From the NCBI GenBank assembly GCA_964518675.1, contig CAZFGQ010000009.1:1903-65902 (forward strand): 64,000 nt of DNA, written 5' to 3'. The DNA comes from an uncultured Spirochaetota bacterium (lineage in GTDB: Bacteria > Spirochaetota > B62-G9 > CAZFGQ01). Positions 1-9,358 of the stretch are shown one piece after another. Each line of letters begins with the position of its first letter. The stretch's first letter is position 1. Under the pieces are notes generated by a model, which saw only the letters and a program-made list of their open reading frames with translations, did not search any database and was not told the origin of the DNA. Made by a program: the position numbers and the translations under genes.

Positions 1-4
1 TCAG

Positions 5-277
5 ATGGTAGAGTATCTTTATAAATATAATATCGATATCATTGTAACTGGACATACAGTGGAGGGAGTGTATATTCATAAACTTCTTCCTATTCTTTTC
101 AGATTTTTCAGGGATGTTAAAGTGATCGTATATCTTAATGAATACTCCCCACAACTTGAACGTACATTCAGAATAGCAGGTGTAACATATGTGGCAAGCA
201 ATGTAGACGTAAGAAAAGAGCTGGCAGGTTTGATAAATAGTTTTCTGATAAAGGAAAGAACTTTAGTGGCAGGCTGA
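5..277 (+). CDS. Partial ORF running in from the window edge; C-terminal fragment resembling the end of a CheY-like receiver domain
   Basis: ORF reaches position 1, so the 5' end is missing. The alternating hydrophobic/helix pattern (KVIVYLNEYSPQLERTFRIAGVTYVAS...LAGLIN) resembles receiver-domain strands beta4/beta5 and helix alpha5. No diagnostic catalytic residues are visible. Confidence 0.3.
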   Translation: MVEYLYKYNIDIIVTGHTVEGVYIHKLLPILFRFFRDVKVIVYLNEYSPQLERTFRIAGVTYVASNVDVRKELAGLINSFLIKERTLVAG

Positions 278-367
278 GTTTTGGATTAAAAAATTAATTT
301 TATGGGGATAAAAACAGGGGTGTTACCCCTAGCTAAATTGAGAAAAATAAATTAAAGGAGAAATGCC

Positions 368-511
368 ATGAAGAAACTTTTACTCGTAATCACATTAATT
401 CTTGTACTTGCTGGAATTTTCTTTGTATCGCCCATTATGGGAAGGGATAAAGGAGCAGAGGTAAATTACTATGGCTCCGCATTTGCTGGTGAAGGTGGTG
501 GAGGTTTCTAA
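368..511 (+). CDS. Small (47 aa) predicted secreted or membrane peptide with a Gly-rich tail; not in the ORF track (<60 aa)
   Basis: ATG preceded by AAAGGAG RBS. N-terminal hydrophobic signal/TM segment (MKKLLLVITLILVLAGIFFV). Followed immediately by a strong intrinsic terminator. Confidence 0.45.
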   Translation: MKKLLLVITLILVLAGIFFVSPIMGRDKGAEVNYYGSAFAGEGGGGF

Positions 512-525
512 ATAATTTAATTTTT

Positions 526-563
526 GGGGGGCATACGTGAGTAGTATGCCCCTTTTTATTTTC
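526..563 (+). terminator. Rho-independent terminator (GGGGCATAC-loop-GTATGCCCC followed by TTTTTATTTT)
   Basis: Perfect 9-bp GC-rich stem, 7-nt loop and a U-tract, seen directly in the sequence. Confidence 0.65.
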
Positions 564-662
564 AGGGTTAGCTGTTAAGGTAAGCTTTGGGGTACCATTA
601 AAAAGGAGGTGGGAGAAGAGAGGTGGTAAAAAAATAAAAATCAATACGGGAAGTAGTGGAAA

Positions 663-2279
663 ATGAGTATGGGTGGAAAAAGAAAATTACAAGAATGGCA
701 GAGTCTATGGAAAACGTTTGAGAACATTCCTCTGTTGCTGATACTGATCGATGAAAAACAGAAAATACTAAGTTGCAATAACGATCTCAAGAAGTTAGCT
801 GGATATGGTAAAGAAGATATAAATGGAATATATTTAACGGATTTGTTGAATCTTTCCTCAGAAAATTCGGGGAGTTCCGCTTTACCGGATAGCTCAATTT
901 TATTAAATGGGGTCAATACTTTTGAAGCAAAGCTTTATAAGAAAAATGGGGATTTTTTACCTGTCAAGTGCAGTGTAGTTCCGATTGCTTCTTTTAACTC
1001 TGACAACTCTGAAAAAAAATTGTTTTTGTGTGTGATAGAGGATTTAACTCCACAGAAAAGAATAGAAGCCCAGCTTATTCAAGCACAAAAAATGGAAGCG
1101 ATTGCATTGCTTACAAGTGGCATTGTTCATGACTTTAACAACATTCTTACAACAATACTGGGGTATACAGATCTTATTTTGATGTCGTACGAAAAAAAGG
1201 ATGTCATCAGGTCCTACATTGAAGAGATAAAAACAGCGGGAGAAAGAGCAGCCCTTCTTGTAAATCAACTTCTATCATTTACAAGAAAAAGTAACGAGTC
1301 TATAGAGATTATTGATATAAATGGAATTATTAGAGGCATGATGGGGATGATTCGAAGGTTAATTGGAGAGAATATAAAACTCGAGATTAAACTGGATGAT
1401 AAAGAGTGCCTTATAATGGGAAATCCGATTCACATTCAACAGATTCTAATGAATCTCATTGTAAATGCAAAGGATGCAATGGAAAAAGGTGGATCGTTAA
1501 TAATTGAGACCAGAAATGCATTTGTTGATGATGTCGTGGAAAAATATTCAATGGGAATCAAACCTGGAAGATACATTATTCTTTCAGTTGTTGATACTGG
1601 CGTTGGTATGGATAAGGAAACTTGTGCGCGGATATTCGAGCCATTTTTTACGACAAAGAAAGAGAAAAAAGGCACTGGATTAGGGCTTTCAACTGTGTAT
1701 GCTATTGTAAAACAGTATGGGGGGAAGATCTGGGTTTCAAGTGAATTGGGGAAAGGGACAAAGTTTGAGATTTATATACCCGCGGCAGAGACTATGATTC
1801 CCAGACCTGGTCAACAGGAAGGAAGTAGGATTCATTCTGAAAGGTTAAACCCTGAGTCTGATATCCTTGAAAGAAGTATAAATATTCTGGTCGTTGAAGA
1901 CGACGACCTTGTGAGGGAGTTTATTGCTAGGACCTTGATAAACTATGGATACAATGTATTGATAGCTGAGAATCCTAAGGAAGCGCTCAGGATTGCTGAT
2001 GGTTTTGAAGGAAATCTGGATCTTATCATTTCTGATGTAGTTATGCCGGAAATGAATATAGACGACTTTGTGGAAATTATTTTTGAGAAATGCCCAGGTA
2101 TCAGAATAATTTTTGTTTCAGGTTACCAGGATGAAGCGTTTGATTCAATTAAAGTTCACCTTGGTGAACCTTGCTTTTTTTTGAGAAAACCTTTAACACC
2201 TGTAGATATTGTGAGAAAAATACACGAAGCGTTAGGAATTAGGTTTTCAGGAGCAACTTTTAAACCCTCCAAGAATTAA
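663..2279 (+). CDS. Hybrid sensor histidine kinase: PAS, HisKA (H-box IVHDFNNILTTILGY), HATPase_c, then a C-terminal receiver domain
   Basis: Conserved H-box with His, N/G1/G2 boxes (DTGVGM, GTGLGLS), and a C-terminal CheY-like receiver (ILVVEDDDLVREF...DLIISDVVMPEMN). Confidence 0.9.
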   Translation: MSMGGKRKLQEWQSLWKTFENIPLLLILIDEKQKILSCNNDLKKLAGYGKEDINGIYLTDLLNLSSENSGSSALPDSSILLNGVNTFEAKLYKKNGDFLPVKCSVVPIASFNSDNSEKKLFLCVIEDLTPQKRIEAQLIQAQKMEAIALLTSGIVHDFNNILTTILGYTDLILMSYEKKDVIRSYIEEIKTAGERAALLVNQLLSFTRKSNESIEIIDINGIIRGMMGMIRRLIGENIKLEIKLDDKECLIMGNPIHIQQILMNLIVNAKDAMEKGGSLIIETRNAFVDDVVEKYSMGIKPGRYIILSVVDTGVGMDKETCARIFEPFFTTKKEKKGTGLGLSTVYAIVKQYGGKIWVSSELGKGTKFEIYIPAAETMIPRPGQQEGSRIHSERLNPESDILERSINILVVEDDDLVREFIARTLINYGYNVLIAENPKEALRIADGFEGNLDLIISDVVMPEMNIDDFVEIIFEKCPGIRIIFVSGYQDEAFDSIKVHLGEPCFFLRKPLTPVDIVRKIHEALGIRFSGATFKPSKN

Positions 2280-2376
2280 TCTTTTGTAGTAATCTCGCAA
2301 AAAATGTTTTATTGAATAAAAATTAAATATCCGGTAAAATACTCTTATATTATCCAATATTGATGGGGGTAATAAT

Positions 2377-2847
2377 ATGTTTCTTTACCTGGTTCAACAT
2401 GGCAAAGCATTGCCAAAGGAAGTGGATCCAGACAGGTCATTAACTGAAGAAGGCATTAGTGAAACTAAAAGAATTGCAAATTATATTAAAAAATATGCTG
2501 ATAAGTTACCACAGAGGATTATTCATAGCGGCAAGAGAAGGGCTAGACAAACTGCTGAGATGTTTGAGGAGATTTTAAAACCTTCTGAGGGGATTGAACA
2601 GGGAAAGGAACTCGAGCCTGAATCTCTTCCCTGGGGATGGGTTGAGAAGTTAAAGGAATACGAGGGGTGTATAATGATAGTGGGACATCTTCCACATTTA
2701 AAGAGGCTTGCATCATTGCTTCTATGCCATGATGAAAATAAACCCATTATACAATTTTATAATTCGGGTGCAGTATTTATGAGCAGGGATGAATCTGGAC
2801 TTTGGTCTTTACATTGGATTGTTATACCTGAAATCGTTCCCGAGTAA
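2377..2847 (+). CDS. sixA: Phosphohistidine phosphatase, SixA-like (histidine phosphatase superfamily branch 1)
   Basis: N-terminal LVQHGKA (RHG motif variant), the SGKRRARQTAE and IVGHLPHL motifs, and ~156 aa length match SixA. Confidence 0.7.
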   Translation: MFLYLVQHGKALPKEVDPDRSLTEEGISETKRIANYIKKYADKLPQRIIHSGKRRARQTAEMFEEILKPSEGIEQGKELEPESLPWGWVEKLKEYEGCIMIVGHLPHLKRLASLLLCHDENKPIIQFYNSGAVFMSRDESGLWSLHWIVIPEIVPE

Positions 2848-2860
2848 TGTGATATCCTGA

Positions 2861-3847
2861 TCAGGAGATCTTCAGGACCGCTGCTCCTGTAAATGCCCCC
2901 TCTTTAAGGTCTTGAAGAGCGGTATTTGCATCCTCTAGTGAATATGTATGTACCTCTGTTTTTATATCGACTGTTTCAATCAATTTGAAAAACTCCTCAC
3001 CATCCTCTTTTGTAAGGTTTGCAACAGATTTTATTTCTCGTTCGTGCCATATGTATTCGTATGGGAAAGATGGGATATCGCTCATATGAATCCCACCGCA
3101 TACAACTATTCCTCCTTTATCCACCCGCTTTAATGCTTCAGGAACAAGCATCCCGACCGGGGCAAATATTATTGCTGCATCCAGTACTTCTGGTGGAGGG
3201 GTGTTGCTATCTCCTGCCCATACTGCACCCATTTCCACGGCAAACTTTTGACCCTCTGTATCTCCGGGTCTCGTAAAAGCAAAAACATTTACTCCCTGCG
3301 ATTTTGCTATTTGAACTACTATATGGGCTGCTGCACCAAACCCATATATGCCAAGATTTTTTGCATCGCCAGCTTTTTTATAGGACCTGTATCCTATCAG
3401 ACCTGCACATAAAAGTGGAGCTGCTTCTGTGGAGATATAGTTGTCCGGTATATGAAAACAGTACTCAGCTTCCGCAACTGTGTATTCGGCGTATCCGCCA
3501 TCTATTGTGTATCCTGTGAATCCCGGATTTACGCATAGGTTTTCTCTGTTGTTTTTGCAGTACTTGCATATCCCACAGGTTTTTCCAAGCCACGGCACAC
3601 CTATTCTATCACCTACCTTGAACTTCTTAACGGATTTTCCTGTTTTTATTACATTTCCGACTATTTCATGTCCAAGAACAAGTGGTAACTTGGGATTTTT
3701 AAGGTCTCCTTCATAGATGTGTAGATCTGTTCTGCAAACGCCACATGCTTCTATTTTTATCAATACCTGGCTGTCACTTGGTTCGGGTACAGGCAGTTCT
3801 TTCAATACTAACGGTTTGTTCTGTTTTTCAAGAACCATTGCTTTCAA
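2861..3847 (-). CDS. Zn-dependent alcohol dehydrogenase (MDR family)
   Basis: GHEIVGNV zinc-ligand motif, CGVCRTD motif and a Rossmann GxGxxG region (GIYGFGAAAH). A TTG start is supported by a GGAGG RBS at the correct spacing. Confidence 0.9.
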   Translation of the reverse strand: MKAMVLEKQNKPLVLKELPVPEPSDSQVLIKIEACGVCRTDLHIYEGDLKNPKLPLVLGHEIVGNVIKTGKSVKKFKVGDRIGVPWLGKTCGICKYCKNNRENLCVNPGFTGYTIDGGYAEYTVAEAEYCFHIPDNYISTEAAPLLCAGLIGYRSYKKAGDAKNLGIYGFGAAAHIVVQIAKSQGVNVFAFTRPGDTEGQKFAVEMGAVWAGDSNTPPPEVLDAAIIFAPVGMLVPEALKRVDKGGIVVCGGIHMSDIPSFPYEYIWHEREIKSVANLTKEDGEEFFKLIETVDIKTEVHTYSLEDANTALQDLKEGAFTGAAVLKIS

Positions 3848-4114
3848 TTTGGTCCTCCATAATGATTTTTGAATAGGACTTCGTTTGGCTTTGTACCATA
3901 TTAAAATTATTTCAACAGGCTTATCTAATCAATTAATAAATAATGATACAATTTATTAAGATTCCCCGGTTATTGAGGATCACTTAATTTTTTATAATAA
4001 GTTATGATAAGTGGTTGAAAATTAGCTCAATTCAATGTAAAATATTGTAATAATATTTTTTATTATTGAAATATACCTATCTATAATTCTATTTGTATAT
4101 GACAATCTTAATTT

Positions 4115-7100
4115 TTGTTTGTAAATAGCTGGGGAAAAGAAGTGAGTTATTACATAAGACTATTCTCTGCAATAATCAAGAGTACCGGAGTAATTGTATA
4201 CTTATTACTTTTAATTTTACTGTTGATGAATAGAAAATCGAAAAAGGGGGTTTTTAGTTACGTTATTTTTTATATATCGGGTCTACTGCTATGGGAAGTT
4301 GGTTCCTTCATTATTACAATAACAAAAAATATAGAACTGGCTTCTATTTGTTATAGGGTAATAAATGGTCTATCTTCTCTGCCCATTGTGTTTCTATACC
4401 CTCTTGTCAGACATCTGCTTGAAATGAAAAATAAAGGAAAAATCCCGGAGCTTGTTGGATTTGGATTTATTTTTTGTGGTTTTCTTTTATCAGGGCTGGG
4501 AATTGGTGTTGATGGTTATCAGATGGGAGCGGGTGGTTACTATATCCCTATATTCAATAGCTATACATATATATTTTCGGCGATTGGCTTTGTTTACTGG
4601 GTTTTTTCCGTAGTGTGGGCCGTGGATAAGCTGAAGAATCGTTATGGTGAATTGCAGAGGTATAGAACCAAGTTTATTCTCTTCGGTTCTGTGCTGGTTT
4701 TTATAGGGGAAATGTCCAATCTGACACCTGTAAGGAACATCCCGTTGGATCATGTTCTCATCATGATAAATGGAATTATCATCGTTTATGGGTTTTTAAA
4801 ATCGAGTATAGTCGACTACAGACCTGTATTCAAAAAAACTGTTCTGTACCTTACAATTTATTTCGCAGGTATATTTTCTCTTCATTTATTTTCAAATTTC
4901 TTTAACGATTCTTCTTCACATAATTTATGGATTTTAAAATCATTTACCATCTTTTTCGGGCTGGCCACCTTCATTCTTATGGCAGTTGTTATCAAACACT
5001 CAATGTTTAAAATGAGGATGGGCGGAGTATCGGTGCACTCCGTAAAAAAGTACAGAAGAATTATAGAGGATCTCTCTTCAAGACTAATCCATATTAGTGA
5101 TATAGCTTCTTTAAGCGACGAACTTGTCAACTCGGTTAAAAATGCTTTGAATCTGAAGGAATGCCGAATTTTTATAAAGAATCATGAGGTTAGGGGTTAT
5201 GAAGAGGTAACTGGTGAAGTTGATGAATGCAAGAAACAGTTTATTATCGGCTATGAGGACCCTTTTGTAAAGGAGTTAAAACTCAGAGGTGAGGTTTTGT
5301 ATCCTGATGAGTTGATGGGTATTGGTGATTTAACTGAAAATTCCCTCAAAGAACACCCATTACTAACTGAGAAACATGTGGAGGTATTGGTACCGATAGA
5401 ATACCAGTCTGAATTAATGGGGTTTTTATGTCTGGGTCCCAAGAATAATACCGGTATTATTACGGATGAAGAAATATCTTTTTGTTCAGTATTGGCAAAT
5501 ATCTCTTCTACGGCACTATCAAACATTCTCAATTATATGGAATTTAACCAGTTATCAAGAGAACAAAAACTACTTAGATATATCAGCGAAAGAGTGATCT
5601 CATCGTTTGATCTGGATAAAATAATGGATTCGATTTGTTCTCTGCTGTTTAATTTTATGAAACTGGATTACTGTGCTGTGGTAATTTTAGAAGATGGTGG
5701 TGGTATGAATATATGGAGTAGGGGGATTCCCTCATCTATGGTTTTGAGACTTGAGAATTATTTTATGGAGAAAATAAATATTTATTCAGGTAAGAGTTCT
5801 TCAAATGTGATTGAGTTACCTGAGACAAATTATACCTTTGATTCAAGTATGGACAGCATCGAAAATCTATTAAAAAGTTCATACACGATAGTTCTATCCC
5901 AGGAGGACAATATAGTTGGACTTGTTATTCTTTCAGGAAATCTGAAATTCGATGAAATATCGAGAAAAATTGACTTTATGAGAATGATCAGATCAATCAT
6001 TACCCAGGGTGTTCTCCTTCATATGAGCCTGCAAAGTTTACAGAGACTCAATCGATACAAGGAGAATCTCTTAAAAAATCTCGATTCCATGGGTGAACTA
6101 TTGATTACTTTTGATAGGAGAGGAGTAATCTTCGATGTGAACGATTCTGTAACAAAAATTCTAGGATATGAGGAAAATGAATTAATCGATTCTAGACTGG
6201 ACAATTTTCTAGCCGCTGAGAGTGAAAAATTGTGGAAAGATATTACTGATGCTCTGAAGCATGGGATTTCAACTTCAAATATGGAACTCGTTTTCAGAAC
6301 CAAAGCAGGAAATAAGAAACACATATTATTTTCCTGTTCAGTGCTGAATCCGGATATAACTGGCTCTCCCGTATATATGGCGACTGGCAGGGATATTACT
6401 TATTTGAAGGAAAAAGAGAGAATTATAGAAGAATCGGAGAATAAGTATAGGACATTATTTGAAGAGCTCCACGATGGTATATTTGTATGCAATGAGAGAG
6501 ATGAGATTGTTGATATAAATCCTGCAGGAATTGAAATTCTTGGATTTTCGAGGAAAGAAGAATTGATATATCAACCCTTTGGTGATTTTTTTGTGAGTCA
6601 TGAGATTGGAAAAAGTTTTTTTAAAGAACTTAATTACACCGGGGCTGTTAGAAATTATGAGGCCAAGTTGAGAAAAAATAGTGGGGAGATTGTTGATGTA
6701 ATTCTTAGTGCTAAGCTTGATTTTGATGATAGGGGAAACAAGAGTGGATTCAGGGGATTGTTGAGAGATGTAACGGAGGTGAAGCTTCTGGAGAAAAAGC
6801 TTATGCAGATGAGAAAACTGGAAAGTCTTGGAAGTCTGGCCAGGGTTCTGGCAGGTGAGTTTACCAATATATTAACCACCATTATGGGGTTTTCATCTCT
6901 TCTTAAGATTTCTGCACAATGTGATCCTGTAATAAATGAATACATTGATTCAATTCAGACTTCCGCCAGAATAGCTTCCAGACTTGTTTCTCAGCTTATG
7001 GCTTTTTCAAGATCTTTGACTATTCTGAGAGAACCAGTGGATTTCCGTTTGATTGTAAGTGAAATAATCGAGCAGATCAGACATATGCATCCTCGTGTCC

Positions 7101-7582
7101 ATATAATGACTGATTTGCCCTCTTTTATTCCACCTATTATCGGTGACAGGTCTCAGTTAAAGTTGGTAATAAAGAATCTTTGCGATAATGCTATAGAGGC
7201 AATGGATGGAGCTGGAGAGCTCAGAATTAAGCTCAACCGAGTGACAATTAACAGTAACAGCTCGTATATTGGAGATGGGAAAGAAATTGTGAAAGGTGAC
7301 TTCTTAAAATGTACCATCTCGGATAACGGAAGGGGCATGGATAGTATGGTGCTTGAGAGAATATTTGAGCCGTTTTTCACAACAAAACACGGAGTGAAGG
7401 GAGCTGGACTCGGGTTATCTATAGTATATGGAATTACAAAGGAGCATGGTGGTTTTCTTGATATTTCAAGTACACCTGGAAAGGGCACTGAGGTAGAACT
7501 TTATTTACCTATTATGGAGCGAGAGTCTTCCGACCTGCAGAGAAAAACTGAAAAGCGTCTTGATGTTGATCATGAAAAATAG
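4115..7582 (+). CDS. Large membrane sensor, histidine-kinase-like: ~8 N-terminal TM helices, GAF/PAS sensory modules, a DHp-like region without the phospho-acceptor His, and an intact HATPase_c
   Basis: N-terminal 300 aa is multi-TM. PAS-like repeats are present. The H-box position reads LAGEFTNILTTIMGF, versus IVHDFNNILTTILGY in the neighbouring kinase. N box (NLCDNAIEAM), G1 (DNGRGM) and G2 (GAGLGLS) are present. The TTG start of the track ORF is uncertain. Confidence 0.85.
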   Translation: MFVNSWGKEVSYYIRLFSAIIKSTGVIVYLLLLILLLMNRKSKKGVFSYVIFYISGLLLWEVGSFIITITKNIELASICYRVINGLSSLPIVFLYPLVRHLLEMKNKGKIPELVGFGFIFCGFLLSGLGIGVDGYQMGAGGYYIPIFNSYTYIFSAIGFVYWVFSVVWAVDKLKNRYGELQRYRTKFILFGSVLVFIGEMSNLTPVRNIPLDHVLIMINGIIIVYGFLKSSIVDYRPVFKKTVLYLTIYFAGIFSLHLFSNFFNDSSSHNLWILKSFTIFFGLATFILMAVVIKHSMFKMRMGGVSVHSVKKYRRIIEDLSSRLIHISDIASLSDELVNSVKNALNLKECRIFIKNHEVRGYEEVTGEVDECKKQFIIGYEDPFVKELKLRGEVLYPDELMGIGDLTENSLKEHPLLTEKHVEVLVPIEYQSELMGFLCLGPKNNTGIITDEEISFCSVLANISSTALSNILNYMEFNQLSREQKLLRYISERVISSFDLDKIMDSICSLLFNFMKLDYCAVVILEDGGGMNIWSRGIPSSMVLRLENYFMEKINIYSGKSSSNVIELPETNYTFDSSMDSIENLLKSSYTIVLSQEDNIVGLVILSGNLKFDEISRKIDFMRMIRSIITQGVLLHMSLQSLQRLNRYKENLLKNLDSMGELLITFDRRGVIFDVNDSVTKILGYEENELIDSRLDNFLAAESEKLWKDITDALKHGISTSNMELVFRTKAGNKKHILFSCSVLNPDITGSPVYMATGRDITYLKEKERIIEESENKYRTLFEELHDGIFVCNERDEIVDINPAGIEILGFSRKEELIYQPFGDFFVSHEIGKSFFKELNYTGAVRNYEAKLRKNSGEIVDVILSAKLDFDDRGNKSGFRGLLRDVTEVKLLEKKLMQMRKLESLGSLARVLAGEFTNILTTIMGFSSLLKISAQCDPVINEYIDSIQTSARIASRLVSQLMAFSRSLTILREPVDFRLIVSEIIEQIRHMHPRVHIMTDLPSFIPPIIGDRSQLKLVIKNLCDNAIEAMDGAGELRIKLNRVTINSNSSYIGDGKEIVKGDFLKCTISDNGRGMDSMVLERIFEPFFTTKHGVKGAGLGLSIVYGITKEHGGFLDISSTPGKGTEVELYLPIMERESSDLQRKTEKRLDVDHEK

Positions 7583-7597
7583 GTTTTGAAGTCTTCT

Positions 7598-9250
7598 CTA
7601 CTGGATTTCAGTTTCACTTTCAATTTCAGAAGCTAGTGTACTCTGGATTGTTTCTTTTCTGATAATTCCATTCAGATGATCCACTGAAAGGAATCCTGCA
7701 AGTCTTTTGCTGTTATTGTCAGAAATTACAGGTATATACTTCAGATTATAATTTCTGAATATCCTGTAAGGTTTATCAAGTCTTTCACATTCTCTTACAG
7801 TATATTTGATCGGTGCCATTATATCCTCGGCTATTATTATGCTTCCAGGGAGTTTGATATTCAGAAGGGGCTTGATATGAGAAAGGCTTATTATTCCAAC
7901 GAGTTCATCTGAATCGTTTAGAACCGGCAGATCATCGTATTTGCTTTCTGAAATGATATTTATAACCTCATTTAGGTTATTTGTCGTTTTTATAACGGGG
8001 GGATTCTCATCCATTATTTCTTTTACCGTATATTTTTCAAGCATCTCTTCCTCGTTGATATTTTTCCCAGCCTCTTCAGCCTTTGAAATAGCATATTTCA
8101 CGAAAGGAGGTCCTATAATCTGTACAAGAAAGGTTGTTAGCGTTACCACATTGATTATTGATAATCCCAGTTCGGGTAGATTGTGGAAAGCTGATATCGC
8201 AAGGCCGATTGTTACTCCTGCCTGGGAGAAGAGGCAAAATCCAAGGTACCTCGTGACCTTTGGAGGGGCGCTGGAAAGACGAGCACCAATATTAACTCCA
8301 AGTATTTTACCGATGGTTCTGCCTGCCAGATAGAGTAAAGCTATTATTCCCGTTGAAATGGTTACAGATGTTAGCTCGAGTCTGGCCCCTGCAAGTATAA
8401 AAAACAGAATATAGATTGGAGGTGAAAAACCCTTCATCAGATCAAATACCCTCTTGGAATAGTGTGGGGCTATGTTTACAAACGTTACACCGAAGAACAT
8501 CTCTGCGAGTATCAGATCGAGGTTAAACTTAAGTGCAATGGCTATTATTAACACAATAGAACCAAAGGTAAAACTAAGAATTAGATCCCGTTCCTGTTTA
8601 TATTTACTTGTAAGATCTAAAAGTAATCTGTAGATGAAAGCAACCCCAATTCCAAGGGCTGCAGCCCCTCCAATTTCGTAAATTGGTTTTATAACTGCAT
8701 TAATAATTGAAAAACCATCACTTGTGAGGAGACTTCCCGCAATAGCACTGGCAAACCCATAGAGCAGTAGGGCAAGTCCATCGTCCAGAGCCACAATTGC
8801 AAATACCATGGTTGTCAGGAGACCGGCGGCTTTGCATTCCCACAATACATCGACGGTGGCGGCGGGTGCTGTGGCTGATGCAAGAGCCCCCAGTACGATT
8901 GCAAGTGCCCAATTTCCTGTGAATAATCCGGTAAGTATACACACAAGGGCAAAAGCAGTCATACCTTCAAATATCAGGATTGTAATCATATTACGTCCGA
9001 ATTTTTTTAAAACAGATTTTTTTAGCTCTCCTCCAACCAGAAAGCCGATGATTCCCAATGCAAGATAGTTTATCGGTGCAAACTTCTCAATGAGCTCTTT
9101 GGAGATTATATCTGCTCCGGAGGTACCCAGTGCTATCCCTATTATGATATATCCCACTACCTGGGGAATTTTAACAGCTTTGAAAAGTCTTGCTCCAATT
9201 ACGCCGAATATAAGAGCTATTCCAATTACGAGAAGAGAACTTGCATTCAT
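7598..9250 (-). CDS. Cation/proton antiporter (CPA/Na+-H+ exchanger family) with a C-terminal CBS-domain pair
   Basis: 12-13 TM Na_H_Exchanger-like core (MNASSLLVIGIALIFGVIGARLF...), followed by a cytoplasmic tandem CBS-like region (VKEIMDENPPVI...LVGIISLSHI). Confidence 0.8.
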   Translation of the reverse strand: MNASSLLVIGIALIFGVIGARLFKAVKIPQVVGYIIIGIALGTSGADIISKELIEKFAPINYLALGIIGFLVGGELKKSVLKKFGRNMITILIFEGMTAFALVCILTGLFTGNWALAIVLGALASATAPAATVDVLWECKAAGLLTTMVFAIVALDDGLALLLYGFASAIAGSLLTSDGFSIINAVIKPIYEIGGAAALGIGVAFIYRLLLDLTSKYKQERDLILSFTFGSIVLIIAIALKFNLDLILAEMFFGVTFVNIAPHYSKRVFDLMKGFSPPIYILFFILAGARLELTSVTISTGIIALLYLAGRTIGKILGVNIGARLSSAPPKVTRYLGFCLFSQAGVTIGLAISAFHNLPELGLSIINVVTLTTFLVQIIGPPFVKYAISKAEEAGKNINEEEMLEKYTVKEIMDENPPVIKTTNNLNEVINIISESKYDDLPVLNDSDELVGIISLSHIKPLLNIKLPGSIIIAEDIMAPIKYTVRECERLDKPYRIFRNYNLKYIPVISDNNSKRLAGFLSVDHLNGIIRKETIQSTLASEIESETEIQ

Positions 9251-9358
9251 GGTCTTTTCCGTATAATGGAGTAATTTATCATAAAATAAAAAATTGACAG
9301 TGGGGATGTCGAGTTAAAAACCAGATTATAATGTGTGTATCAAAATGTGCGGATATTA

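Noticed and set aside
2859-2870. 12-bp palindrome TCCTGATCAGGA between convergent sixA and adh
   Set aside because: Zero-nt loop, so it cannot form a stable hairpin terminator. Lies within the adh stop-codon region. Likely coincidental or a restriction-site-like sequence.
2523-3716. Several 60-100-aa ORFs antisense to sixA and the alcohol dehydrogenase gene
   Set aside because: Fully nested inside strongly supported genes on the other strand; no RBS or conservation signal
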